64,000 bases of DNA from Candidatus Binatia bacterium (GTDB taxonomy: Bacteria; Desulfobacterota; Binatia; DP-6), in contig DATGIZ010000035.1 in the NCBI GenBank assembly GCA_035295465.1, forward strand, positions 74,677 to 138,676. Reading direction: 5' to 3'. The notes under the pieces were generated by a model. It was not told where the DNA came from and ran no database searches. It worked only from the letters and a program-made list of their open reading frames with translations. Numbering within the stretch: position 1 is the first letter of the stretch; every line of letters starts with the position of its first letter. Positions 26,901 to 36,161 of the stretch are shown here, piece after piece. A program made the position numbers and the translations under genes.

Positions 26901-27410
26901 GTGCCCTCCGCTCCGATGCTCGGCCGCTGCGCGGCGTTCCTTCTCGGCGTCGCCGTGGTGGCGGGGCCCGTGCGCGGCGACGAGCCGGCGGCGCCCGTCG
27001 TCGAGTACCGTGACGACGCGCTCACCGTTCGCCTCGACAACGTCGCCCTGGGCCAGGTGCTCGACGCGCTGGCGCACGCGACCGGGGCGGAGATCACCGG
27101 CGCGCGCGACGACACCCGCACGCTGAGCGCGCGCTTCTCCGCGGTTCCGCTCGCGCAGGCCCTCGCCTGGCTCCTCGACGGCGAGAGCTTCACGCTCACC
27201 TACGGCGACGACGGCCGGCCGCTGCGCATCGAGCTGCTCGGCCACGCGGCGCCCGCGTCGCCGCAGGGGACGACGCCGCCGCGTGGCCTCCTCGCGCCGC
27301 CTCCGCGACCGCCCGGCGCCCCGCCGGCGAAGCCGATCGTGCTGGGCCGGCCGCTGTCGGGAGCGCCGCCCCCGTGGTTCGTGCAACCCGGCGGCCAGCG
27401 CACGCGCTGA
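26901..27410 (+). CDS. secreted hypothetical protein, STN-domain-like
   Basis: Signal peptide; VRLDNVALGQVLDALAHATGAEI...FSAVPLAQALAWLL pattern; a Pro-rich tail. Confidence 0.4.
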   Translation: MPSAPMLGRCAAFLLGVAVVAGPVRGDEPAAPVVEYRDDALTVRLDNVALGQVLDALAHATGAEITGARDDTRTLSARFSAVPLAQALAWLLDGESFTLTYGDDGRPLRIELLGHAAPASPQGTTPPRGLLAPPPRPPGAPPAKPIVLGRPLSGAPPPWFVQPGGQRTR

Positions 27411-27429
27411 GCAGCGCCGCCCGTGACGT

Positions 27430-27524
27430 GGAGAAGGAAGGGGCCCGGTGGTCCCACCGGTCTTCAAAACCGGTTGGCCTCCCTGGCGGAGGCTGGAAGG
27501 TTCGACTCCTTCCCTTCTCCGCCA
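27430..27524 (+). tRNA. selC: tRNA-Sec (selenocysteine, anticodon UCA)
   Basis: 95 nt; an 8-bp acceptor stem GGAGAAGG/CCTTCTCC; anticodon loop CTTCAAA; a long variable arm; T-loop GGTTCGACTCC; encoded CCA. The architecture matches E. coli selC. Confidence 0.9.
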
Positions 27525-27724
27525 ATCTCGCGAGATGGCAGCGGTGTGCCGAGTCCTGCGTATTGCACGATCGCTCGACGGCAGCCCTTTGGTCGCAATC
27601 CACGCGACAAGCCCAAAAAATATTGCGTTCTCATCGGCGAGCAGCTATCGGGGACTGCGAAGCGCGCGGGCTCTGTCAGCGCTCGGCTCGCTCGCACCGC
27701 GAAGAATCACGAGGAGGAGAAGCG

Positions 27725-28636
27725 ATGATGATCCCCGAGGCGGCGATCCGACGAATCGGCCTACGCACTGCCGTGGCCGTAGTGGTTCTCGGGCTCACGG
27801 TCGGCGGCGCGAGCGCCGCGGTGAGCGTCAAGCTCGCGTTGATCCCGACGACCAAGGCGCCGAACGCCAAGGGGCAGACGCACCTCGTGGTGCGCCGCGG
27901 CTCGCAGGGCAAGTTCGTCGTCTTGGCCAAACGCCTCGCGCCGAACGCCACCTTCGACGTGATCGTCGCGGGCGTGAAGGTCGGCACCCTCGTCACCAAC
28001 CCCGGGGGCGCCGGCAAGCTCAAGTTCAGCTCCAAGCCGAACCGCAGCGAGGCGTTCCTCGGCTTCGACCCACGGGGCGCGCAGGTCGTGGTGCGCGACG
28101 ACGTGGGCGACGACGACCTCGTCGGCGACGAGCCGCCGGGCGACTCGGCGACCGGCGCCTGCTGCCTCCCCGACCACGAGGGCGAGAGCGAGTGCGAGGA
28201 CCTGTCGGCGGCGGACTGCACGAGCGCGGGCGGCGCGCCGAGCACGGCGACCTCGTGCCTACCCGATCCGTGCACGACGACCCCGCCGCCGGCGCCGATC
28301 CTCTGCTGCCTCCCGGGTAGTGCGCGGGGCGCGTTCACCGACGAGGACCCGGAGGTCGAGTGCGAGGACGTGAACACGGCCGGGGAGTGCACGACCCGAG
28401 GGGGCACGGTGGTGCAGGGTTCGACGTGCGACCCGAACCCGTGCACGGCGACGCCGCCACCGACCATCGTCGCGTGCTGTGTCCCGGACGGCAGCGAGAC
28501 GGAGTGCGAGGAGCTCACCCCGGAGGCGTGCACGGCGCAGCAGGGGAGCGCATCGAGTGCCGCGTCCTGCGACGCCGATCCATGCGGGGGCGGCGACGGG
28601 GGCAGCGGCGGGGGAGACGACGGCGGTCATCCCTGA
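27725..28636 (+). CDS. secreted protein with four tandem Cys-rich repeats (novel repeat family)
   Basis: GAGGAGGAG RBS; signal peptide; repeats of the form CC[LV]PD...E(S/V)ECE(D/E)...C...GG....C.PDPC, four times, followed by a Gly/Asp tail. Confidence 0.6.
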   Translation: MMIPEAAIRRIGLRTAVAVVVLGLTVGGASAAVSVKLALIPTTKAPNAKGQTHLVVRRGSQGKFVVLAKRLAPNATFDVIVAGVKVGTLVTNPGGAGKLKFSSKPNRSEAFLGFDPRGAQVVVRDDVGDDDLVGDEPPGDSATGACCLPDHEGESECEDLSAADCTSAGGAPSTATSCLPDPCTTTPPPAPILCCLPGSARGAFTDEDPEVECEDVNTAGECTTRGGTVVQGSTCDPNPCTATPPPTIVACCVPDGSETECEELTPEACTAQQGSASSAASCDADPCGGGDGGSGGGDDGGHP

Positions 28637-28841
28637 GCACGCCGCGGCGGCCGCCTTTCGTTGAGCGTCCCCGCGACTTGATTCCCGGCGCGGCGACGAC
28701 CTTCGGGTCGCCGCGCGGATCGTGAGCCGCGTGGAAAGCGGAGTTGCGCGGCCGATTCAGTCCAAGAGACCGCCGCGCGAACGCGCCGGTTCTCGACTCG
28801 GCGATGGCAGTTCTCGGCATTGGGACCGGAGCTCGGTTCCG

Positions 28842-30701
28842 ATGCGTCAAGGCACTGGCATCGCGGTTGCTGCGCTTCTCGGCATGGCTACTTTACTTCG
28901 TCGTCTCGTCGAACGAGCTGGCGCGGTGACGGCCGTCCTTGCGCTCGCGGGCCTGCCGGAACCCACGGAGGCCGCCGGGTGCGACGTCGCCTTCCAGGAT
29001 GCCGGTGGGGGCGTGTGCATCGCGACCTTCGTGTACACGGGGGCACCGGAACCGATCACGGTGCCTGCGGGAGTGACGGCCCTCACCGTCGCCGTGTCGG
29101 GCGCGCAGGGCGGGACGAGTCTCGAGGAGCAGGTCGATCCGTTCGGCGGAGCTGCCTCGCCGGGCGGCAAGGGAGGACGCGAGACCGCCGTCATCCCGGT
29201 CACGCCAGGCGAGGCGCTCACCGTCGTCGTCGGCCAAGCGGGGACCGGCGGCGTGCTGGCACCGCCGGGCTACGGAGGATACGGCGGCGGTGGTCACGCC
29301 TCCTCGCGCTATGGGGGCAACGGCGGCGGTGGGAGCTACGTTTTCGACGCCAGCGGCCCCTTGGTGGCCGCCGGCGGCGGGGGCGGCGGCGGCTACGATT
29401 ACAACCCGATCGTGCTGGGGCATGGAGATCAGCAGGCGCCGGGAGGCGACGGCTCGGGCGCTGCCCCGGCTGGCGACGGTGTTGCGGTCCCGTTCTGCTG
29501 CGACGGCACGGCTCCGTACAACGCCGGCGGCGGCGCGGGGGCGACGCCGGCGGGTCCGGGCGCCGGCGGCCATCCGACGCTTCCGCCATCCTACGTCTTC
29601 GGCCAAGTCGACGGAGACCCCGGCGCGGGTCCCGCCATCGACGCGATGAACTTCGGGACCGGCGGGAGCACCCACAACGGCTGCTGCTACTACACGGGGT
29701 GGGCAGGAGGCGGCGGCGGAGGGTACTTCGGCGGCGGCGGGGGCGGGAACATCGAAGCCCAGCTCGAGGGTGGGGGTGGAGGCGGCGGGGCCGGCTACGT
29801 GACACCGGCGGCGGTCACGTCGAGCGCGGCGACCGGCGTGCAGGTGGGCGACGGAGAGGTGACCGTCAGCTACTACACGGGTGCGTGCGATCCGAGCTGC
29901 GCCGCGTGCAGCGGGCCGACGGCGACCGAGTGCACGAGCTGTGCGGCCAGGTTCGTCCTGGTGGCGGGCGCCTGCGTCGCGGCGACCACGACCACCACGG
30001 TGTCCACCACCACGACGATTCCCGCGGCGGCCTGTCCCGGGGCAACCCAGGTTCCGTTCGGGAGCGACGACGACGGGTTTCTCACCTGCGACAAGACCAG
30101 GTCCGCCTGCGAGCAGAAGGTGGCGGCCAACGTCGCGAGCCAGCTCGTCGCCCGGCTGGTGACGTGCCACCGTCAGGCGGCCGATGCGGCCTTCAAGAAC
30201 AAGCCCTTCGACGAGGAGGGCTGCGAGACGACGGCGCGGCAGAAGTTCCTGGCGAAGACCGACACGGCCGCGTGCTCGTGCATCGACGCGAACGGCCTCG
30301 CGACCCTGGCCGAGACGGTCATCGACGCCAACGGGGACAAGGTGTACTGCGATGCCGCCGGCACGCCCCTCGGCGGGGAGGACGCGGGCTTCGTGCCCAC
30401 GAGCAAGGCCGAGCTGCAGTGCGAGGACGGCGTCAACGCCTGCGTTCCCAAGCTCGTGAAGGCCTACGTCAACTGCCACCGCAAGGCCGCGATGAGGTTC
30501 CTCAAGAACCAGGCGTTCGACGAGCAGGCCTGCGAGCTGGGCCCTCTCGCCGGCAAATCCGCGTTCGAGATGTTCCAGGCCTGCGTGGCGAAGGTGATCG
30601 CCAGGGGCGGCTGCCACGGCTGCGAGGACACCGCGGGCATCCTCGCGCTCACCGAAGCACAGATCGACGGGGCGAACGGTCTCGTCTTCTGCGAGCCGTG
30701 A
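28842..30701 (+). CDS. secreted glycine-rich domain protein with a tandem C-terminal 4-Cys repeat
   Basis: Signal peptide; N-terminal VPAGVTALTVAVSGAQGG...GGKGG...VVVGQAGTGG (Gly-rich domain like PF12810); two repeats of about 95 aa, CHR(Q/K)AA..F.K...FDE..CE. Confidence 0.55.
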   Translation: MRQGTGIAVAALLGMATLLRRLVERAGAVTAVLALAGLPEPTEAAGCDVAFQDAGGGVCIATFVYTGAPEPITVPAGVTALTVAVSGAQGGTSLEEQVDPFGGAASPGGKGGRETAVIPVTPGEALTVVVGQAGTGGVLAPPGYGGYGGGGHASSRYGGNGGGGSYVFDASGPLVAAGGGGGGGYDYNPIVLGHGDQQAPGGDGSGAAPAGDGVAVPFCCDGTAPYNAGGGAGATPAGPGAGGHPTLPPSYVFGQVDGDPGAGPAIDAMNFGTGGSTHNGCCYYTGWAGGGGGGYFGGGGGGNIEAQLEGGGGGGGAGYVTPAAVTSSAATGVQVGDGEVTVSYYTGACDPSCAACSGPTATECTSCAARFVLVAGACVAATTTTTVSTTTTIPAAACPGATQVPFGSDDDGFLTCDKTRSACEQKVAANVASQLVARLVTCHRQAADAAFKNKPFDEEGCETTARQKFLAKTDTAACSCIDANGLATLAETVIDANGDKVYCDAAGTPLGGEDAGFVPTSKAELQCEDGVNACVPKLVKAYVNCHRKAAMRFLKNQAFDEQACELGPLAGKSAFEMFQACVAKVIARGGCHGCEDTAGILALTEAQIDGANGLVFCEP

Positions 30702-30727
30702 AGGTCGGTCGCCGTGCCCAGAGGACG

Positions 30728-32197
30728 CTACGCCGGCCGCACGTTCGCGTTCATGCGGAAGAAGTTCTCCGGATCGTATCGCCGCTTGAGCGCGGCGAGC
30801 CGCGCATAGTTCGGGCCGAAGGCGGCACGGGTGCGCTCCTCCGGCTCCACGTCGAGCATGTTGACGTAGACGCCCCTCGTGAGCGGCTGCGCGAGCGCCC
30901 ACATGCGGTCGACCCACGCGATGGCCGCACGGGGCTCCGCCGCTCCCTCCCAATCGGCCTCGAACCAGAGCGTGAACCCCGGCCGGCGGATCGGATAGAC
31001 GTTGTGGTCGGGCGGGCGGCGGCTGATCGCCCCGTGCAAGTGCGCGAGCCACACATCGGCTTCCTTCGGCGGCTGCTCCGCCACGAGGGCTGCGAGCAGC
31101 TCGTCCGTGAGCTCGGGCAAAAAGCCCGAGCGCTGGTAGCTGGAGAGCCCCCACGCCACGGGGAAGCCGGCCGCGGCCTGCCCGTCGAGATACGAGCGCC
31201 GGACGATCGTGTCGGCCGCGGGCCTGGCGAACGACCGCAGCCGCGCGACGTCACGCTCGGCTCGCTTCGGGTCGCCCGAGTGGAAGACGAAGATGCCGAG
31301 CGACGGCTCATCGCCGTCGAATCGCGACACGGCCACCTCCGTCCACAGCTCGTCGGGCGCCGAACGCGCGAAATCGCGATAGGAGCGCAAGACGTCATGC
31401 GCCCGCGTCACCGGCCAGCGGAGCCAGCCCGCGACCACCTCGCGCAGCGGGTAGAGCCGGTACTCGAGCGCGGTGACCGCGCCGAGGTTGCCCGCGCCGC
31501 CGCAGACGCCCCACAGCAGATCCGGGTTTTCCTCGGCGCTCGCGCGCAGCACGCGGCCGTCGGCGGTGACGACCTCGGCCGCGACGACGTTGTCGCACAC
31601 CGCGCCGTACCGGCCGGCCAGCACGCCCTCGCCGCCGCCGAGCGTGAGGCCGCCGATGCCGACGTCGGCGCACTGGCCCATCGCGGTCACCAGGCCGCGC
31701 TCCTGGAGCGCCGTCTCGAGCTCCAGGCGCGTGAGCCCCGGGCCGGCGCGCGCGATCCGGCGGACCTCGTCGATCTCGACCCGCTTCATCGCCCCGAGGT
31801 CGACGACGAGGGCGCCATCGCCCGCCGTGTAGCCGGCCTGGCTGTGACCGCCGGAGCGGATGGTCGCGGGAAGCTGCCGACGTCGCGCGAACTCGATGGC
31901 GCGAGCGACGTCGGCCGCGTCGGCGCATCGAGCGATCGCGATGGGGTGCGGATCGAAGCGGAAGTTCCAGATGCGCCGCGCCGCCTCGTACTCGGCGTCG
32001 GCCGGCGTGAGGAGCCGGCCGTGAAGGGAGTCGCGCAGACCCCCGAGCGCCGCCGGATCGACGCGGGCCGCGGCGGCCGCTCCGTCGCGTCTCCCGGTCC
32101 CCCGCGGCCAGCACCCGGCCAGGGATCCGAGGCCGAGCGCCGCACCGGCCCGGGCGCCGGCCGCCAGGAATCGGCGGCGACTGATCCCTTTGGACAT
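30728..32197 (-). CDS. FAD-binding oxidoreductase (FAD-linked oxidase/BBE-like) with a Tat signal
   Basis: SRRRFLAAGA Tat motif; an FAD_binding_4-like N-terminal domain and a BBE-like C-terminus. Confidence 0.85.
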   Translation of the reverse strand: MSKGISRRRFLAAGARAGAALGLGSLAGCWPRGTGRRDGAAAAARVDPAALGGLRDSLHGRLLTPADAEYEAARRIWNFRFDPHPIAIARCADAADVARAIEFARRRQLPATIRSGGHSQAGYTAGDGALVVDLGAMKRVEIDEVRRIARAGPGLTRLELETALQERGLVTAMGQCADVGIGGLTLGGGEGVLAGRYGAVCDNVVAAEVVTADGRVLRASAEENPDLLWGVCGGAGNLGAVTALEYRLYPLREVVAGWLRWPVTRAHDVLRSYRDFARSAPDELWTEVAVSRFDGDEPSLGIFVFHSGDPKRAERDVARLRSFARPAADTIVRRSYLDGQAAAGFPVAWGLSSYQRSGFLPELTDELLAALVAEQPPKEADVWLAHLHGAISRRPPDHNVYPIRRPGFTLWFEADWEGAAEPRAAIAWVDRMWALAQPLTRGVYVNMLDVEPEERTRAAFGPNYARLAALKRRYDPENFFRMNANVRPA

Positions 32198-32399
32198 GCC
32201 CGGCTAGCCGTCTACACCCGAAGCTGGCGATTCGACAACTGGCGAGCCCGGTGTGGCGAGGCCGGGTCGGGCCGCGGGAGCTGACGTCCGTGGCGACGCG
32301 GGCCGCGAAGTGGATCGTGATCGCGATCCTCGGCCTCTGGCTCCTGTGGGCGGCGCTGCGCGCGCTGTGGCCCACGGGCGCGTGAGCGCAGCCCGGCCG

Positions 32400-32949
32400 T
32401 CAGCCGCTGCGCGCGCCGTCCAGGTGCCGCTTGACGAACGCCTCGACCCGCGCGAGCGACGCCGTCCGCTCCGGCGCGCCGGGAAAGTCCCCGAACGCCT
32501 CCGGCGCCCCGAAGAGAAGAACGGGCCGTCCGTAGCGCACGGCCAGCTCCGCCTCCGCCCGGGTTCCCTCGCCGCCCGGGAGCGCGATCACCATGTCGGC
32601 CGTGAGGACGTTGATGTGGTTGCGGCTGAGCGTGTCTCGCCCGCGCGCGCCGCTGAGCGGAAGGTGCGTCCGGATCGGGATCTCCACCCAGGGGTTCGGG
32701 TAGCCGCTCCTCGCCGCGTACTCGAAGGCCTCCCCGACCCGGCCGGGCAGCACGCCGATCACCAGCCCCTTCCGCCCGGACACGGCGCCGAACGCCTCGG
32801 AGACAGCGGCCATGACCCCCGCGCCGCCGCCGGTCAGCAGGTGGCAGTCCTGGGTGGCGAGCCACCGGCCGAGCGGCACGCTCAGCTCGTCCCACCGCTC
32901 GGTGCCGGAGCCCACGACGCCGACGATCGCCAGGCGCATCGCGCGCATG
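32400..32949 (-). CDS. LOG family / TIGR00725 Rossmann-fold nucleotide-binding protein
   Basis: MRLAIVGVVGSG...HLLTGGGAGVMAAVSEAF...GLVIGVLP. Confidence 0.7.
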
Positions 32950-33025
32950 GAAGCGCGGACCGCCGGCGCGTGCAAGGCCGCCCGCCGGCGTGACGCCGGC
33001 CCGCCGCTGCCGTAGCATCGCCGCC

Positions 33026-33919
33026 GTGCCGACGCCGCGATCGCGCTACCGGCCTGGCGAGGCGCCCGACTACGGCCACCGCTTTCACGCCGGCAACGTC
33101 GGCGACGTGTGGAAGCACTGCGCGCTCGCCGACATCCTCCGCCGCGTGGCGGGGGCCGGGCGCGTCGCCTACCTCGACACGCACGCGGGCGAGGGCAGCT
33201 ACCCGCTCGCCGCAACCGGCGAGTGGACCGAGGGGATCGGCCGCCTCTGGGCCGCCGCCGACGCGACCGCGGGGAACGACGCCGTCGCGCGCTACGTCGC
33301 GCTCTGCCGCCGCCTCGGCGCCGGCGCCGAGCGCCCGCAGCGCTATCCGGGCTCGCCCGCCCTCGCGCAAACCGTGCTCGGGCCGCAGGCGCGGCTCCAT
33401 CTCTGGGAGCGCGACCCCGCCGCGTTCGCCCGGCTCGCCGCGCACTGCCGCGGCGACGCGCGGGCGCGCCTCGAGCGCGACGACGGCCTGCGTGCGTTGG
33501 GCGAGGCGCTCCGCGCCGCCGAGGCGCAGGCCGACGCGATCGTCGTCCTGATCGACCCACCCTACACGCAGAAGGCCGACTGGATGCTCGTCCCCGACGC
33601 GCTCGCGCAGGCGCTGTGCGCGTCGGCGCGGGCGTGCGCGGTCCTTTGGTACCCGGTGAAGAGCCTCACGCGCCCGAACGCCATGGTCGCGCGCCTCGAG
33701 GCCGCGGGCGTGTCGGGGACGATCGCGGAGCTGATCACGACGCCGCTCGGCCACCGGCGCCATCGGCTCAACGGGAGCGGGCTTCTCCTCGTGCGCCCGC
33801 CGGCGGGCGCGATCGAGGCGCTGGCGGCCGCGGCGCCCGTCATCGGAGGCCGTTGCGCGACGCAGGGGGTGTGGTCGCTGCGGCTCCGGTCGTGGACCGG
33901 GCCCGGGGTCGGGGGCTAG
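33026..33919 (+). CDS. rlmJ: 23S rRNA (adenine2030-N6)-methyltransferase RlmJ
   Basis: HRFHAGNVGDVWKH...YLDTHAG.GSY...LIDPPY...WYP conserved RlmJ motifs; GTG start. Confidence 0.8.
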   Translation: MPTPRSRYRPGEAPDYGHRFHAGNVGDVWKHCALADILRRVAGAGRVAYLDTHAGEGSYPLAATGEWTEGIGRLWAAADATAGNDAVARYVALCRRLGAGAERPQRYPGSPALAQTVLGPQARLHLWERDPAAFARLAAHCRGDARARLERDDGLRALGEALRAAEAQADAIVVLIDPPYTQKADWMLVPDALAQALCASARACAVLWYPVKSLTRPNAMVARLEAAGVSGTIAELITTPLGHRRHRLNGSGLLLVRPPAGAIEALAAAAPVIGGRCATQGVWSLRLRSWTGPGVGG

Positions 33920-33928
33920 GATCGCCCG

Positions 33929-34648
33929 ATGTCGCTCGAGATGCACGAGATTACCCTCGCCGGACCGGGGAAGAACGCCCTCGGCACGGCGCTCATGACC
34001 CGGGTGCTGGCGGAGATTCGCGGCGCGGCGGGGAAGCCGCTGCTCGTGAGCGGCGCCGGCGACGCCTTCTCGGCCGGCCTCGATCTCAAGGAGGTCGCCG
34101 CGCTCGACCCGCCGGGCATGGAGCGCTACCTCGGCCTGCTCGACGATCTCGTGGACGCGCTCTACGGGCACCCGGCGCCCACCGTCGCCTGCGTGAACGG
34201 CCACGCCATCGCCGGGGGCTGCGTCGTCGCGCTCTGCTGCGATCTCCGCGTCGCCGCCGACGACCCGCGGCTGCGCATCGGGCTCAACGAGGTCCCGCTC
34301 GGCCTCGAGTTTCCGCCGAAGATCCTCGCGCTCGTGCGCCGCCGTGTGCCGCCGCGCTCGCTCGAGCGGGTCGTCCTCGAGGGCGCGCTCCACGACCCGC
34401 GCCGGGCGCTGGAGCTCGGCCTCGTCGACGAGATCGCCGCCGACGCGCGCGCCGCGGCGCGCGCCCGCCTCGCTCTCCTCGCCACCCATCCCCGAGCGGC
34501 CTACGCGGCCGCCAAACAGGCGCTGCGCTCCGGCGCCCTCGACCTCTCCGCCGAGCAGCGCCGCGACTTCCGCGAGCGCCTCGTGCCGGCCTGGTGCGCG
34601 CACGAGACCCGGGAGCGCGTGCGCGCCATGCTGCGCGGCCGCGGCTGA
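33929..34648 (+). CDS. enoyl-CoA hydratase/isomerase family protein
   Basis: Crotonase fold with GAGDAFSAGLDLKE and CVNGHAIAGGCVVALCCDLRVA. Confidence 0.85.
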   Translation: MSLEMHEITLAGPGKNALGTALMTRVLAEIRGAAGKPLLVSGAGDAFSAGLDLKEVAALDPPGMERYLGLLDDLVDALYGHPAPTVACVNGHAIAGGCVVALCCDLRVAADDPRLRIGLNEVPLGLEFPPKILALVRRRVPPRSLERVVLEGALHDPRRALELGLVDEIAADARAAARARLALLATHPRAAYAAAKQALRSGALDLSAEQRRDFRERLVPAWCAHETRERVRAMLRGRG

Positions 34649-34761
34649 CCAGGACGCCCGTCACGCACGCTTCACGTTCCGTTGGCGCTGCGGCAACGTG
34701 CCGCTGCCCGCCACGGCAGATCGACGGCGGGCGGCTCCCGGCGTCCCGCCGCCCGGCGGGC

Positions 34762-35556
34762 TCATTGCGGGTCTGCGATCAGCGCCTCGAGACGGCGCCA
34801 GTAGGGCATCCAGCGCGTGAGGATGCGGTCGCGCGTCCCGTCCTTCCACCAGCGGGCGAGCGCATCGTCGACGGCCGCACGCAGCGCGCCGTCCTCCGGG
34901 CGCATGGCCCAGCCGAGCCCATCGGTGGTGAGGGGATCGAGAATCGGCGCCAGCTCGGCCTCGTCGGCGGCCGCCCACCAGGCCACGATCGGCGCCTCGT
35001 GGACGAGCGCGTCGATGCGCTCGTCGCGCAGGTCCTCGACCGCGTCGTGCGCGGTCGGATAGGCGACGACCGCCCCGGGACAGCTCCCGGCCATGAACCG
35101 CTCGCCGGCAGTGCCGGCCACGACCCCGATCCGCACCGTGCACGTGAGCACGCGCGCCGCCGTCGGATAGCGACGGACGTCCTCGCGGCGCACGAGGAGG
35201 AGCAGGCCCGAGCGCAGGTAGGGCCGGCTGAACGCCACCGGCGCCGTCCCGGGATGGCCGACGGCGAGCCCCGCCATGGCGACGTCGATGCGGGCGCCGA
35301 GCAGCGCGGGTATCTGCTCGCCGCGCGGCAGGTCGACGAGCGCCACCGGCCGCCCGAGCGCCTCTCCCAGCTCGCGCGCGAAGTCGACCTCGATGCCGAC
35401 GAGCTGCGTGCCCTGCCGCGCGGCGAACGGCGGCGAGTCCGAGGTGACGCCGACGCGCAGCGGGGGCGGCGGGGGCGGTGCGGGCGGCGGCGGCTTCGGC
35501 CGCCCGCACGCGGCGAGCGCGAGCGCCGCCACCAGCAGCCATCGCCGGCCGGTCAC
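34762..35556 (-). CDS. ABC transporter substrate-binding lipoprotein (family 3 SBP)
   Basis: Lipobox LALAAC after a GTG start; an SBP_bac_3-like sequence. Confidence 0.7.
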   Translation of the reverse strand: MTGRRWLLVAALALAACGRPKPPPPAPPPPPPLRVGVTSDSPPFAARQGTQLVGIEVDFARELGEALGRPVALVDLPRGEQIPALLGARIDVAMAGLAVGHPGTAPVAFSRPYLRSGLLLLVRREDVRRYPTAARVLTCTVRIGVVAGTAGERFMAGSCPGAVVAYPTAHDAVEDLRDERIDALVHEAPIVAWWAAADEAELAPILDPLTTDGLGWAMRPEDGALRAAVDDALARWWKDGTRDRILTRWMPYWRRLEALIADPQ

Positions 35557-36161
35557 GGCCGGGGCCGCGCCGCCACGGCGCGCACCGCCGCCGTGATCTC
35601 GCCACCGAGGTCGGCGAGCGCGCGGCTCTGCGCCGCGACGACGGCCTCCGCGTCCGCCCCGCCCGCCGCCTGCGTGAGCGCGACGTCGCGGACGGCGAGC
35701 ACGTCCGCCGCCCGGCCGTCGCGGATCGTCACCCGCGCGACCAGCCGCACCGTGCCCGCGCGATCGGGCTCGAAGCGCGTCACGTCGACCGCGACCGCGT
35801 AGTCGAGCGGCGTACCGGACGGCCACGGGTGGAGGACGACGTCGTCGCTGCCGAGACGCAGCGCCACGTCGCGCGCCAGCGCGCGCGCGACGTTCGCCGC
35901 CAGCGGCTCCGCCCACCAGTCCCGCTCCGAGTACGCGATCTGGTTCGGCGCCACGCGCGTCGCGAGCCGGCCGTGCGCGAGGTACGGCGGCAGCGTCACC
36001 GGCCCGAGGCCGAGCGCGACGGCCAGCGGCGCGGCGGCGCCGGCCTCGGCGGCCACCGGCGTGAGCACGAAAAAGCGCGAGCGATCGGGCTGCGGCGCGA
36101 GCAGCGAGCAGCCGGCGAGCCCGATGCCGGCGAGGAGGCTCGCGACGGCGCGCGCGGTCAT
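35553..36161 (-). CDS. ABC-type transport auxiliary lipoprotein (DUF330, PqiC/YmbA-like)
   Basis: Lipobox LAGCS; position immediately after an MCE protein. Confidence 0.68.
   Translation of the reverse strand: MTARAVASLLAGIGLAGCSLLAPQPDRSRFFVLTPVAAEAGAAAPLAVALGLGPVTLPPYLAHGRLATRVAPNQIAYSERDWWAEPLAANVARALARDVALRLGSDDVVLHPWPSGTPLDYAVAVDVTRFEPDRAGTVRLVARVTIRDGRAADVLAVRDVALTQAAGGADAEAVVAAQSRALADLGGEITAAVRAVAARPRP

Noticed and set aside
28820-32284. 1154-aa plus-strand ORF
   Set aside because: A high-GC artefact spanning the Gly-rich protein gene and the antisense strand of the FAD oxidase gene. Its composition is Arg/Gly low complexity.
32882-34603. 573-aa minus-strand ORF antisense to the RlmJ and enoyl-CoA hydratase genes
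   Set aside because: No motifs and an Arg/Ala-rich composition. The opposite-strand genes have clear conserved domains.
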